A stretch of 64,000 nt of DNA, taken from NCBI RefSeq assembly GCF_009914755.1, contig NC_060935.1. One strand, given 5' to 3'. This stretch comes from the human T2T-CHM13v2.0 reference genome, Homo sapiens. Shown piece by piece: positions 12,389 through 28,330 of the stretch. The position numbers and the translations under genes are program-made. Every line of letters begins with the position of its first letter. Within the stretch, counting starts at the first letter, position 1. The notes under the pieces were generated by a model, which was not told the origin of the DNA, made no database searches, and was given only the letters and a program-made list of their open reading frames with translations.

Positions 12389-14649
12389 TCCCTGTGGTTT
12401 TCTGAGACACAAGATCCAATTGCTCTGCTGGCTTCTCAGCCCCCGGGCCTTCGATGGCTCCCCATGCCTGCAGAAGGAGCAGGTTAGCCTGAGATGGAGT
12501 CTGCCCCAGGATGACTTTTGACTTCCTCGTCTTGCCCAGTGCCCTGCCTTCAGCTAAAAACTGAGTTTCTCCCTATGGGTTTCCACCTTTCAAAGCCCAT
12601 CTTCACTGTCACTTTGTCCAGGGAGCCATCCCTGATTCTCCCAGGTGAGTCTGAATGCTCCTCTTCTGTAGCCCCATGGCACTTCTCAGCATTTCGGTGA
12701 TGGAGTTGTCTACGCTGATAGCATTTATACAGCTCTTCAATCCTGCTTTCTGTCCACCTCCTCCACCCCTGCAATGGACTGGGAGCTCTTTCTGGGCAAG
12801 GATCGCCCGTTTACTATCCATCTTTATCTTCCTCCTCTCAGGTTTTTTATTGATCCATTCAGCAAACATTAATGACGTAGCTGCTATGTGCTAGGCACTG
12901 CATATACAGAATCCTGCTCCTTCTCTGGGTAATTGTCATACAGTGCGACAAGTGCATTAACAGGTGGATTCAGGGAAACATGGCCCTGGGCAAGGATTTC
13001 TCCAGGCTCCCGAACGCCAGGCCATGGCCTGAGCACCATTCGGGCATGCAAGCTTAAACAAGACCAAGCCCTGCCCTCCAGGATGGTAGCTGTATAAAAA
13101 CAATAGGATGTGTACAAAGGCAGGTCTGAACACAGTGCTTTGGGACCACAGAAAGCAGAGCAATGACCTTGGCCCTGGGGAAATCCTGAAGCTTCCCAAA
13201 TGCCCAGCACCTTGCACCAAGCAGTAGCCTCGTAAATCTTTGCTGAATTAAATTGGTTACAGGAAGAAAGGGGACATAATAGAGACTGAAAAAGAAAATT
13301 AAGGTTATTGGGGCCAGGTGGTGGGGGATGACAGAGCATTTTCACATCTTCATGAAGTCGCTTTGTCACCCATCCCAGAGGGATGTCTTGTGGACAAATG
13401 AGATCATGGACGTGCAGTGCTCTGAACACCTGGGAAGAAAATAACTGTACAAATATCGGGGCTATTATTAGTCCATCCCCATCAGACCAGATAAGTCCTC
13501 TCCTTGTGGCCTCAGTTCCCTCATGGTAATATCAGCTGTGCCCTGTGGCAATTTGCTTCTCTCTCTGGGCCTCAGTTTCCCCATCTGCAACATGAGGACA
13601 TACCATGAGATGATTTTGAGGGTCTCTGGCTCCTCCAGGGAGATGCTCCAGGGACAGCTGTGTCTGACTAGGGGATGCCTTTGGTCCTCTCTTGACTGCC
13701 ACATCCTGGGCTGAGTTGGGGAGTCCTCATAATGTCACAAAGGCCACTCCCTGTCCTGTTTGTCTTTCTGGTCAAACAAGGCCATGCAGAACATGAGGCA
13801 AGTGTGGGCTTCTCGGCCGGAAGTTCCTCTCTAATTTCTGGGGAACAGCCTTAAGGCCTGTTTTCTGAAAAAGACCTCTGTGTGAGCCCCCTCCCTCCAC
13901 TCCAGGTCTGAGGTCTGGATTCCCCTGGGGAAGGCCCATCCCTCTCCAAATCCCCATTGACCTCTTCCTTTATGGCCAGAAATGTTGGGGTGCAAGATGC
14001 TTCAGTGAAAGGGGATGGAAGCTGTAGTGAGAGAGAAGCTTCTCACACAGGACTCTGATGCATGCTCCCCCATGACCTGTCCTTAGCTGAGGCACCACCA
14101 CAACCCTGACCCTGAAAGCAGAGACCTTGGCCATGTCCCTACTTTCCCTCTTTTCCTTACCTGGCACATTTCATTGGTGGTGAGTCCTGGTCTTTTTCCT
14201 TCCTGGCTCCAGTCCTTTCCAGCCTCCCCTGCCCCTCATTCATGGCCCTAGCCCCGGTCCTCCCAACTTGCATCGACCTCCTCCTTGGGCCTCCTCCTCT
14301 GCCTCCAACCTGGCTCCCTTCCCGTCCACTCTCCTAAGGGCAGCAAAGCGCAAGTGTGACGAGGTTTCTCTCCAGCTCAAAGCCCTTCCATGGATCCTTA
14401 ACTGCTCTTAGGAAAAAGCTCAGATTCCCTGTCTGGCAGGCAGGGCCCTTCCTGACCTAACCAGAGAGGCAAAGTCATCTTTGAGAGAGTTCTGAGGCTG
14501 AGAAAAAGCTCACTAAGGGATGGGGGCGTGGGGAGCATTTCAGGGACAGGGAAATGTGATTTCAAAGGTGGGGAGATATGATGGAACCTCCCATCTGGGA
14601 AAAATCAGAAAGCAGATATGGCAGGAGGCTGGAGTGAGTGTCCAGGGTG

Positions 14650-15500
14650 TATTAGGTACACCTAGTGTGTTCCAGGCTCTGTTCTCATGCTGAAGATGCA
14701 GCAGTGACCAAAACAAACATCCCTGCCCTCAGGAGCTGGCATTTAGCAGAGGAAGGTGGCAATCAGCAATGAGCAAAAGAAGGAAATGTTATAGTGTGTT
14801 AGAAGGTGATGAGTGTTGTGGAAAAAGAAAAGGTGGAGAGAAGTGAGGGTTATCTGGGGGTGGATTGCAATGTTGAGACAGGGTGGTGAGGACAGGCTTC
14901 ACTGAGAAGGTGGCATCTGAGCAAAGACTTGAGGGAGGAGAGGGATTTAGCCCTGCAGTTGTCTGGATAACAGTGTACGAGGGAGAGGGAACAGCCAGTG
15001 CAAAGGCTGTAGGGTGGGATAATGCCTGGTTTGTTGGAGGAAAGCAAGGGGGCTTGTGGGGCTGGAGCAGAGGGAGGATGGAGGTGGTCAGGAGAGTGTC
15101 AGGGGAGAGGCGAGGACAGGTCACTGTGAAAACTTAGGGAGATGGGAAGCAACTGGAGTGTTTTTTGTAAGAGGAAGGACATGAGCTGGTTTATATTGTA
15201 AAAAGATCACTCTGGGTGTGTGTGTGTGTGTGTGTAGGGAGTGGGGATAGCTGCAGGGAGACCAGTCAGGGGACTGCTGCACTAATCCGGGCAAGACGTG
15301 ATGGTGGTTGGAATCAGGGTAGATGCTGTGGGGGTGGTTGGGAGGGCTTGGATTCTGGATCTATTTTGAAGGCAGAACCAACTGGATTTCTTGATGGATT
15401 GGACGTGGGTTGTTTCAAAAAGGGAGGAGCCGAGATCATCGCGTCCAAGGCTCTGGCCTGAGCCATGGAAGGCTTGGATTGCCATTGGCTGAAATGGGGT
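14650..15500. mobile_element. L2 LINE fossil (further fragments near 16100-16530 and 17170-17400)
   Basis: L2-typical motifs such as ggcttcactgagaaggtggcatctgagcaaagacttga, ggatctattttgaaggcagaaccaac. Confidence 0.6.
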
Positions 15501-15601
15501 TTGTGTTGGAGCAGCGCCCTTTCTCAATCAGTTTTTCACTATCACCCACCCTCAGGAGCCTTTTAAGACGTTTTTCTCTAATCACTTCTCCCTGTGGCGG
15601 A

Positions 15602-15911
15602 TTTTTTTTTTTTTTTTTTTTTTTGATGGAGTCTTGCTCTGTAGCCCAGTCTGGAGTGCAGTGGCGTGATATGGGCTACGGGCTCACTGCAATCTCCACC
15701 TCCTGGTTTCAAGCGATTCTCCTGCCTCAGCCTCCCGAGTAGCTGGGATTACAGGTGCGCACCACCATGCCTGGCTAATTTTTGTATTTTTAGTAGAGAT
15801 GGGGTTTCATTGTGTGGCCCAGGCTGGTTTTGAACTCCTGACTTCAGGTGATCCACCCACCTCAGCCTCCCAAAGTGCTAGGATTACAGGCGTGAGCCAC
15901 CGTGCCTGGCC
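15602..15911 (-). mobile_element. AluS SINE
   Basis: Poly(T) plus reverse Alu dimer. Confidence 0.9.
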
Positions 15912-16548
15912 CACAATGGAATTTTACCACCATAGCTATAATGTATACATGTTCATATACTTTGGCCCTTTGGAAAATTACAAACCATTGTAATATCAAT
16001 ATTTTTCTGTCCCCCCAAGAACCAATTTTTGCCCACTGGGGAAGGTGGCATCCTGTGGAGAAGGCATGTGTTGGAGCGAGTTTTGTAAGGGAGAACAGGT
16101 GCTCAGCTTGGCACATGTTGGACCTGAGCTATCTAGTGCAGGGAGGGGACGCTGAGTGGACAGTGGAACATGTGAGGTCCAGACTAGAGGTATGGATGTG
16201 AAAGTCATTGGTGTATATATGCTGTTGCCATGAGACTGGGTGAGCTCACCAGAGGAATGAGGAATGAGATCAGGACCAAAGTCTGGGCTTGGGGCACCCC
16301 ATGTTGGGCTGTCTGGAAGAAGAGAAAAAAACAGCAAAGGAGACAGAGAGGGAAAGGTGAGAGAGGTAACAGAAAACCAAGTGAGTACAGCAGGTGGCCT
16401 AGAAGCCCAGTGGAAAGAGTGTTTCAGGGAAGAGGGAGGGCTACACTGCCAAATGTCATGGGGTCGGGGGCAAGTGGCAGAAAGACTGAGAACCCACAGC
16501 TGAGTTTAGCCATGGGGAGGCCCCTGGAGATCTTGATAGGAGTATTTT

Positions 16549-17159
<611 letters not shown>

Positions 17160-18620
17160 ATAGGAGTATTTTTGATAGAGTGGTGGGGATGAAAGCCAGA
17201 TTGGAGTGGGTTTAAGAGAGAACAGGAGGAGAAGAACTGATGATAGTGGATAGAGACAACTCTGGGAGGAATTTTGTTGCAAAGGGGAACAAGGAATTAG
17301 GTGGCAGCTGCAGGGGAAGCAGGATCAAGAGCAGGTATGTGTAAGATGGGAGGAAAAACAGCCACTGACAGGAATGGTCCGGTGAAGAGGGACGGGATGA
17401 CTTGCTGATCAGAGGGACTGGGCTCTGGTGCCCGCCTGGGGTGGTGGGTGAGGGCAGGCGTGGGCAGTCATCTCTCCTAGGACTCGGGGAGACAATGTGT
17501 GGGTGCAGAGGCTGGTGGGGGCGGATGTGTCCGTGTAAATCTGGAAGTACTTCTGAGAGACTGGATTGTCTTCAGGGAGTGAGAAACAAGGTCAACAGCT
17601 GAGAGTGAGGACGGGGGAGGGTGGGGTGGGGTTTGAGGAGAGGAGATCGTGAGAAAGCATGAATCGCCCACGAACAAGGGAGGGTGAACAGACTCAGTGG
17701 TAAGTGTGAAGAATCGCCAGCCGTGAGCCTTTCTGCCCCACTCGGGCTGGGGTCAGCTGCCCACCTCCGGGCTCCCGGGGCTCCCTGACCCCACTGAGGT
17801 TTAAGCCTTTACTGCTGTAGGAAAGGGTTACCAGCAAACCCCGTGCAGTCAGGCAGCCAGCATTTGAATTCTCCTCCCGTGCTCACTGGCTGTGTAACCT
17901 GGGCAAAGTTTTTGTTTGTTTTCGTTAATTGTCCGCATGCCTCAGTCTTCTCATCTGTAAAGTAGGGGCGGAAGTAGGAGGAAGCACTCTGTGTTATTGC
18001 TATCCTCTACTCTGTTGTTGCTAGTTTGTACTGAGGAGGGCTCAGTGAATGCAGAGTGAAGGGTGAATGAGGGGAGGGGAGTTTGCTTTGGGCCCCCACA
18101 TGCCAAGGAGTGGGCAGAGGAGGGCAGGTGTCACAGCTCTGCCCCTGCGCACGGACGACTCCGACTCTTTAACCCCAGGGCTCAGCTCCCATCACGTGAA
18201 CTGGGATCCCTGAGGAAGCTCTCAGGTGGGCGGCCACCAGCTGAGAACAGACCTCCCAGTGCAGCCCAGGACAGTCCCTAGCACAGCCCAAGGCCAGGAC
18301 CACACTGGCCACTCCCTCCCCAGAGCCCACTAGTGTAGGGAGGAAGACAGGGATAGGTTGGCCCTCTTCCCCAACCCCCCCCTCAGGACATCCTCCTCAG
18401 CCTGGCCCTTCCTGTTTTTCCTCCCTGGCCCCTGGAGGCCATTTCCTCCAAGGAGTCAGGGAAAGGTGTTGCTTTGTTTTCTCCTGAGCCCAGAGCTTTC
18501 TGGACTCATGAACCTCGGGATCTGGGCCTTTGAAACCCCCTGGAAAATAGACTTGCTGTCTAGCACCGCCCCAGAGGCCCTGATGCCAGGAGTGGGGTGG
18601 GGCTCTGCTGAGGGTGTGGT

Positions 18621-18624
<4 letters not shown>

Positions 18625-18672
<48 letters not shown>
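18625..18672. repeat. (TG)n microsatellite, about 24 units
   Basis: Perfect dinucleotide run. Confidence 0.95.
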
Positions 18673-18674
<2 letters not shown>

Positions 18675-21600
18675 GGGACAAGAGCATTCATGGGGACAAA
18701 TGTGGCTTGGCTGGCAACAAACCACGGCAAGACCACAGGTTGGGAGCTGGCAGCCCTGGGAGGGGGCTCACAGTCCTGCAGGGAACCTGCTCTGTCATGC
18801 CCAGCCAGGGCCTCTTGCTCCTAAAACTTTACCCTCCACCCTACAACCCGGAGGTAGCAATAAAGCCTCCCTCACAATAAAGAGCCACAAGGAGCAGGAG
18901 CTAATGGGCAGAGCGGGCACTGGAGACTGTTATGAGAGCTTCAAGGTTCCTCACCATTCCTCTGTGCCTGCTGGGGAGGGAACCACTAAGTGCCACATAG
19001 TGTGAGGCTGGGCTGGTGGTAGGGGCAGATGAAGTGCTCAGCAAGTCTCCAGCCTTGCCCTTCATCCCCTTAATGAACCAGCCAGCAACCACCAGAAGCT
19101 TCGTTCTCAGGCCCCAGTGGAGGTTGGTGCCTGCACTGACGCCTGGCTGCCCTGATCACTCCTGTGTCCTATAAGCTGACTGGCTAATAGAGCACAGGAT
19201 CTCAGGAGCCTGGCAGAGCCTGGCCACTGCCCCGTCCCCACCCCTTTTCTCATCTGGGATGCCCAGCCCTGCCCCTCAGCCCCTCCCTCTGGGCATCCCA
19301 GAAGAGAAAATTTAAGTATCTCAGGTAGGGTCATGGCACAGGGTCCAGGAGCAGTCTTCAAGCTGGGAGACTTAAGTCATCACTTAGCAATGCCCTTCTT
19401 GTGCCGTGGGGGAAACCAAACAGAAAGGGCAGTGGACTTGTCTAAGGCTGCACAGCCATTCTTTCTAACATGGCTGGTGGCCTCCTTCTGCAACAGGCAG
19501 ACTCTGGCTTCTCTTCAGGGGCCAGTGGAATAAAAGAGGTCATCCCCTTTCTGCCCCTGCTACTGATGTCAAGCCAGAGCAGCATAGTATAGCGTGATAA
19601 TGACTGTTCCATTTTGTTGAGGACCTACTATGTGCTGAGCAGTGTTCTAGATGCTAAGAAGACAGTGGTGAATGAGACAGAGTCTGTCCCCTTGGAGCTA
19701 ATGTTGTTGCATTAAATTCTTGTAACACCCTATGTGGTAAGTGCTGCCATCTCCATTTTACAGGTGGAGAAACTGAGGCTCAGATAAATGACTAAGAAGT
19801 AAAGTGAGGTCCCATAGCCAGTGAATGGCAGAGCAGGGATTCGAACCCAGGTATGTCAGACCCATCCATAGCCTGGCCTCCTAACCACTGTGATACACCA
19901 GAAAGAGCCCTGGTCTGGGAGCCTGAGACATGCATGGGTCACTCACTGGGGTGACCTTTGGCATGCCCTTCCTCTCCTTGGCCTGAGTTCTCTCATGAGT
20001 AGGTGATCCAGGCGGTTCCTTCCAGCATTTCTGCAATTCTGGAAATTGAAAGACCTGGAAATCTGGCTCCCCGGAAGATCCAGGCAAGAATGTCTCTTCT
20101 CCCTGTGAGTGCATCCAAGTTGGTGGGACAGGAGCCCAGCGTGTAGGGGAGGAATAAAAGCTGTGGTCAGGCTTGGACCGCGACCTCCATGGCAGCCTGG
20201 CCTGGCTTTGTCACGGTCCTTTAAGTTATCCTGCATTCCGTTCCCACCACTGGGACTGGATACAGAAGGCCCTGTTCTAGTCCTGCCTCGGCCTCCTCTA
20301 ACTTGCTGTGTGATTGGGGAAGTCTTGGCCCCTCTCTGGACCTCAGTTTGCACCTTTGCTGGATAAGACCATTCCTGATGTCCCCCTGGCTCTCTGATCT
20401 AATCCCATAAGCTTGTTGAGCCCTTCACTGGGGCCCAGCCCTTTCCGGGCATTGAATTTGGCCTAGAGTGTCTGATGGTCAGGTACTCCACTCCCACTCC
20501 TCACCTCCGCCTCCCTATAAACCAGGAAGGGAAGAATGACTTGCTTCAAGCTGGTCCTGGGGTTCCCCTCCCACCCTCTGCCCCCCATTTCCCCATGCCT
20601 AGTCTCTGAGTCCTCAGCCCCACCATGAAGGCTGTTTTCTTTCCCCGTTCCCCTCCAGCCAGTGAGGTGGAGGTGGGAGTAGGGGGAGAAAATATAGGGG
20701 AGCAGCCAGAGGATCACGACAGGTAGGGCTGGGGGTTGGCAAGGGCTCTGCAGAGACCACGCTCCCCTGGAAAGGCATTTCTCATCGTGGGCATGCCTGC
20801 CAGGTAGTGGGAGGACCATTTCTTTCTTTTCTTTTTTTGTCATCATCCAACGTGGCTGGGAGTGAGGGGGCTGAGGGAGAAAGTCTCCTGAGATGGGAGA
20901 GAAGCCAGGGGTCTGCGGCTGGCCTGGGCTCAGATTGGTGGGCAATAGCATTCAGTGTCTCCCCCACCCCACTTCCCCCTGCAGACCCAGGCCCAATCCG
21001 GGCTGCACCCCTAGCGAGGCAAGGGAAGGGCTGGGCCTTCTCTTCTCTCCTCCAGGTCTCTCGTAAGAATGACATAGGAGCATAAGTGCCCCACCCCATT
21101 TGACAGATGAGGCTGAGGCTCAGAGCAGAGAAGTGACGGGCAGGTTAGGTGCATGTGGTAAGTGACCAGCCATCTGGGAGTTATCGGGCCTCTTCCGGCA
21201 GGAATAGGGGTCTGGGAAGCCCACCCAGTGGGAGATAACTATCTGTCCTCCTTTCTTAGTGGGGTGGGGAAAAGGCAGTCAATAGAAGAAGAAAAGAGGC
21301 CAGCCTGACTCCTGCGAGTTCCCAGAATCTATGTGCTGTCTCCAGACTCCAGAACTCTGCCTGGGTGCTCCCACTTTCTGGAACTGCTTCCCCTATCTGG
21401 CTAACTCTTACTCGTTCTTCAAGTCTCAGTTTAGATGTTGCCTCTTCCAGGAAGCCTTCCCTTATTTCCCCAGGATTAGGTAGCACTGCTGTGTGCTCCC
21501 ACTGCTCCCAGGGTTTCCCCCATTAGGGCATGAATCACCTGCTTTGTCGTATTTCTCCTCCTCAGACAGGGAGCTCTTTGAGGGTAAGGCTGTGCCTTGT

Positions 21601-24037
21601 CAGCCTCTAATATCTATCCCCAGACCAGTGTGGAGCTGAATACAAAGCTGGCCCAAAGAGCTGTTTGTTGAATTGGTGAGTGACTGAATGGGCATCTATA
21701 AAGATCAACTATTTGTCAGTCCTGTGCAGGGGGGTCCAATGTAAAGGAGGCCCCCACCCCCCTGCAGTACCCACCTGTGCAATGGCCCAGGACGCTGTCT
21801 GGACAGAGCCTGGACAAGGCGAGGTGAGCTTAGAGAAGGGAAAGATAGCTTTGGAGTAGGGATACTGGGAAGCTCTGGGAAGAGGTCCAAGAGTCTTGGT
21901 ATGACAAATTGTTTGGGGCAGGTTTAGGGCTGGGGGCTGGTTTAGTGACCTCAGAAGAGGCTGCTTTATCCAGAGCCCAGGACTGTGCCTAGGAATGGAC
22001 CAGTGAGGGGGCCGGCTGAACAGGGAAGCTGAGTCACGTTCTGGAGAGCCATTTCCAGGTGAAACCAGAAAGGGCAAGCGTCATGCTCAAGGCAACACAA
22101 GTGGGCCACAGCTCCCAGCCAGGGCTCTGTGCCACCCATGCCCCGCTTCTGCCCCCTGGCAGCGCCCTGGCTCTGAGTGAACAAGCTGCCCCAGTCCCTG
22201 GGGATGCACGCAAACCAGGAGGAGGTGACAATAAGGGCTTATCAAATGGCTTGTAGGAGGCAGCCACAAATTTCAGCGGCTGTGTAATGTGGGTCTAATG
22301 TTCACTTAGCAGAGCGACAGCCTGAAAAGTCGGTGCCCGCGCTCTGTCCCTGCTGCGGCCGAGGCTGTTGAAGCCACAGAAAGCGAGTCACTCAGCAGAC
22401 ATCAAGCTCTGCGCTGGGGCTGGTGTAGGTGGGGTGTGGGGCTGTAAGAAGTCTGAGTTTCCAGACGCCAGACCATACTGGCGGCCCCAGCTGGCTGCTC
22501 CTGGGGGAGGAAAGGAAGCTACATTTTTGGTCTTGGAAAGGCCAAAAGCCCGGAGTCAGAGCTGCCCATCTACAGACGGGGAGGGGAGGAGGCGTAGCCC
22601 TGGGGAACCCACCGCTGAGTGACTTGTTTTCGCTTTCCTCACGAGCCTCTGCTGTTTCTCTGAGTGCCCTGGGATCCCTCCTCTGAGGGGCAGGAGGGGA
22701 GGGGTCCTGCCCTGAGCCAGCCCCCAACTACCTACCCTGGAAATGAGTCCCCACCTGGGCCACATGGGGAGGGACTGAGCTCAGGGCTTTACTGAAGGTC
22801 AAAGCCTCTCCTTTCTGAAGTCCAAAGAGGCATCCTCACCTCTGAGCCCACCCACAGGGCCTGGGGGTCTGCCTCTGCCCCGTCTTCCTGTGCGACTCCA
22901 GGCAACTCCTCAGCCCTTTCTGGGCCTCAGTTTCCCCATCTGTTAAGTGGCTGGAAAGGTCTCCAAGCTCGTCCTTCTTCAGAATCTTGTGAATGATGCA
23001 TAAGGCAGCTGCCCACACCCTCCCTGGCCCTGCTCTGCTTTTCTGTCCTGCGCGGCATGGGGTCTTTGTTTTGTTCATGGCAGTACCTGCAGCCCTGGAG
23101 CAGTCCCTGTTGCATAGTAGGTGCTCAGTAAATACTGGTGGTTTTTAAACTCCCAGAAGCCACCCAACCTCCTCGCTGCAGGTCCCTTCCTCTTGGAAGG
23201 GTTTCTGATTCATCCCCTTCTCATTCTCCAGGTTCTGTTTTGTCCCCTCCTAGGCTGGGCTGCATTACAGACTCCTGTGCACGTGTTGGTATGCAAATCT
23301 GGAAGCCTCCCCCCTGTTTCTATTCCACCTTCTCCTTTCCATCGTGGGTGCGTGGGAGCCATGTCTTCTTTTAGATCCCCCTGGCGCGGCTAGGATGAGT
23401 GCCAGGGCCTTGGTGGTACAGCCAGTGCTCCATAGAGCTGTTTACAGCCTGCCAGTGATTCACCCACAACAACTGAGAGAAGGCTCTGCCCAGGCGGGGC
23501 CGAGGCCCAGGGGAAGCAAGGGAGACCATGTCTTCAAAGCCCACTGGGATCTGGAAATAGGGGCCTGAAAGACCTCTCAGAATAGCTTTGGCCTAGGAGA
23601 ACAGGGATTGGGATGTGGGGGTCCAAGCTGGGCCAGGATTGAGAGAATTTGTTCTGGCTCAAGCCTACTGATTCATTCATGTCCAAGCCTTTTTCAGCAT
23701 CTCTCCCTGGGCACCTTGGGCTGACAGCTGGGGGCTCTGCAATGAACCAACCTGAGTCTGGGGCTTCAGAAGCTTGTAGGGTGATGGAAAGGGGGCTGGG
23801 CATCATGAGCCACAATAGAGACAGCCACGGGTGACGTGCAGGTGCAGCCAAGGTTGTCATTCATTCAGTGGGCTGAGGCTTCATCGAGGAAGGGCTGTCC
23901 TAGCAGAAGAAACAGCACATGCCAGGACACAGAGGCCACGCCCAGCAGTGAGTGGTTGGATGCGAGGCCTGCCTTCCTGTTCTACATGGCTCTGGCCACC
24001 CCTCTGGTTTTTTTTATCTGTAAAAGTGGAGGTGGTA

Positions 24038-24366
24038 GCCAGGCATGGTGGCTTATGCCAGTAATCCCAGCACTTTGGGAGGCCGAGGCGGGTGGATCAC
24101 CTGAGGTCGGGAGGCCGAGGCGGGCAGATCACCTGAGGTCAGGAGTTCGAGACCAGCCTGGCCAACATGGCAAAACCCCGTCTCTACTAAAAATACAAAA
24201 ATTAGCCGGGAGTGGTGGCACATGCCCCTGTAATCCCAGTTACTCGGGAGGCTGAGGCAGCAGAATCGCTTGAACCCAGGAGGTGGAGGTTGCAGTGAGT
24301 CAAGATCACTCCACTGGACTCTAACCTGGGCAACAGAGCGAGACTCTGTCTCAAAAAAAAAAAAAA
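24038..24366 (+). mobile_element. AluS with internal 32-bp tandem duplication
   Basis: GGGAGGCCGAGGCGGG..GATCACCTGAGGTC repeated twice; TSD core TGGAGGTGGT. Confidence 0.9.
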
Positions 24367-26934
24367 TGATGGAGGTGGTGTTGCTTGAGTAGGGGGTTAG
24401 AGGTTGTCCTAAAAGTTTCCCATGGGCCTCTCCAGCTCTGACACGGGGATTCTGTGGGAGTGAGAGGAGGCGAGCTGCTGACAGGGCAGGGATCTGGGTG
24501 ACAGTGAAGTCCTGGTGGCTGGGCAGGGAGGACAAACAGAGCTGTCTGTTTAGGCAAGGAGGGGAGCTGGGAGGAGGACACTGCCAGCCAGTTGGACTGT
24601 CTCTCCAGGCCTAGTGTTTGCCGATGGAATAAGGGAGTCAGGTGTGTCAACAGTGGGGAATGAGGTGGCTCTGCACTACACACACACGGGCTGTCCCTGG
24701 ACTAGGCCATCAAGAGGGCCATGTAGGACACTGGCTGGTGGGAGCCCATGGAGCCCAGTGCACTTGCCCATTGGGTGCTCAGATGGCTCAGCCCAGGCCG
24801 CGTCTCTCTCCAGGCCTCTTCCCCTGTCTCTCTGGCTCAGCTTGAGGAAAGGGGCAGGGGCGTGACCCATCCCACTCTGGGAGGGGAGAGAGCCTCCCAC
24901 CTGCTCCTGACCTCTCCGGGCTTGCTCCCCTGGGGACATCCCACCACATGAGTTCTAGTCTTGACTCTGCCACCAACTTGATGAGTGACCCTGGGAGTCC
25001 CTTCCCTCTTTCAACTTCAATTTCATTACCTGAAAATGAGAGGCTGGGAGAGAGGTTTATGAGCAATTTGCCAATGGGACCCCATCTTTGCTTCTACCAG
25101 AGCAGTTCCGATTTAAGCAGTTTGCCTGATGAGCCCTTTGAGCCCTGAGCAATTGCTGAGTGTCTACTGCATGCCAGGTGGGCACAGAGTCATGTGGGGC
25201 AGCCAGGTTTTCCAGTCTCAGTGTGTTCCTTCTTTAGAAGGGGAGTCTTCCATCTCCAACTGTACACTGGGGCTACGTGTGGTTCTGCAGTTCTGTGAGG
25301 AGACCCAGAGTCATACGCACTGTGGTTCATACCCCAGAGCTGCCATTTGCTAATGGTGTGACCTTCTGTAACCCCTTTGTGCCTCAGGTCTCTCATCTGG
25401 GAAGTGGGATGATAGCGCCAACCTAGCTGGATTGCTGTGACTGCCAGCACAATGCCTTCTAAGGGTTCAAGGTGGGTGCTCAGTAAGCTGCTCTCATGAC
25501 TACCAAGGATCCTGATGGTCCTCCCAGTTCTAGGAAGGGGCAGCCATGCAGAACAAGTCTCAAAAGCCAGCAGGAGCAGGAGAGGAGGATTGAGAACCCC
25601 CAAATTGATAGGCAGCCTGGGGCTGGGTGGGGCAAAAGGTACTGGAGGTGGTGCCTCTGCCCTTTCCCCTTCCACTGCACCCCGTCCACACTCCATAGAA
25701 GTCAGCAGTTCAAGTGTCCTGTAATGCACCCCACACCCCAACACACAACACACAGGAGCCCCAGGCCTCAGATGGGAAAAACACTGTCTGGCACTAGGTC
25801 TGGTTGACTGGAGAAGTGGGGAGGGAGCCAGGCAGTCCTTCCATCATGCAGATGGAGAGACCTAGAGTCTCAGGCGTTGGGAAAATGAGTCATTTAACAT
25901 CCATCAGGACCCAAGCCTCCTGAGCCCCCAGCCTGGACCCCTGCACCCCCTCTAGGGAGCAGAGTGAGACACAGAGCTCCCTAACACTAGACCAGGTGTC
26001 CCTTAGCTCCGCTCTTCTAGGAGGCTCCCTGAGCACACCCTCTGCGGAGCCTGACTCCCACAGGAGAAGCAGATGGTGCCAGAGTCTGCTGGGAACTGGC
26101 TGTCCTGGAGCCCAGCTGTTGCACAGATGTGAGGGGGGAGGGTGGAATGGGGGTTGCGAAGGCAGGAACGCTTGACAGCTCATGCCTGAGTCACCCATCA
26201 GCTCCGGGAGTGGTAATGAGCAGATTAGGGTTATTACAGCCGAATGGCTCGGAGCGCACTTGCTCACCCGAGCAACCATCGGCGAACGGCTGATCGCCCA
26301 CGACTGCCACGGCCGTCATGCCAGGCCCGCCTCTCCCTTGCCCTCTCATTGACTGTGCCGCTGCCAAGGCAGCCTCTGTGGCCTTCACACGCCTCATTAG
26401 AGCTGCTGGGGCATGCCCACCAGCCCATGGCCCAGACATCACCCCACCCACTCCTCTTCCCAGGTGTGTCAAGGGGGACACAGGAGTCTGACCTGGGGCC
26501 TCGATAAGTGGGCACAGTGATCCCTGACTAGGGAAACAGGTGTATAGTTCCCCACCCACCTAGAATTGGGGCAAGGACAGGTATGGCAGGGATCCAGCCT
26601 CCAGGGCCAGTCCTTGTCTGTCTGGTCACCTAGCAGGGGTCTAAAACCAGTGAGGTCCCTCTAGGTCTGGGCCAGGGACATGTCAATCTCCAGGGAGGGC
26701 GGCTCCTCCTTCCCCATTGGGCCCATGTTGTCCCCTCTGCTCCCTCTCAGAGCAGGAAACAGAAACAATCTGTCCCAGCAGCCCAGGGCTGGGAGGCGGG
26801 GCTGAGGGTCACAGGTAGTAATGATAATGAGTAGCAAATCGCAGAGACAGATGGACGCTTACTATGTCCTAACAGGCACTGAGTGCTGGACATGTGTCTA
26901 TCCACTTTGTCTTAACAATAGCCCCATGCGTGAA

Positions 26935-28330
<1,396 letters not shown>

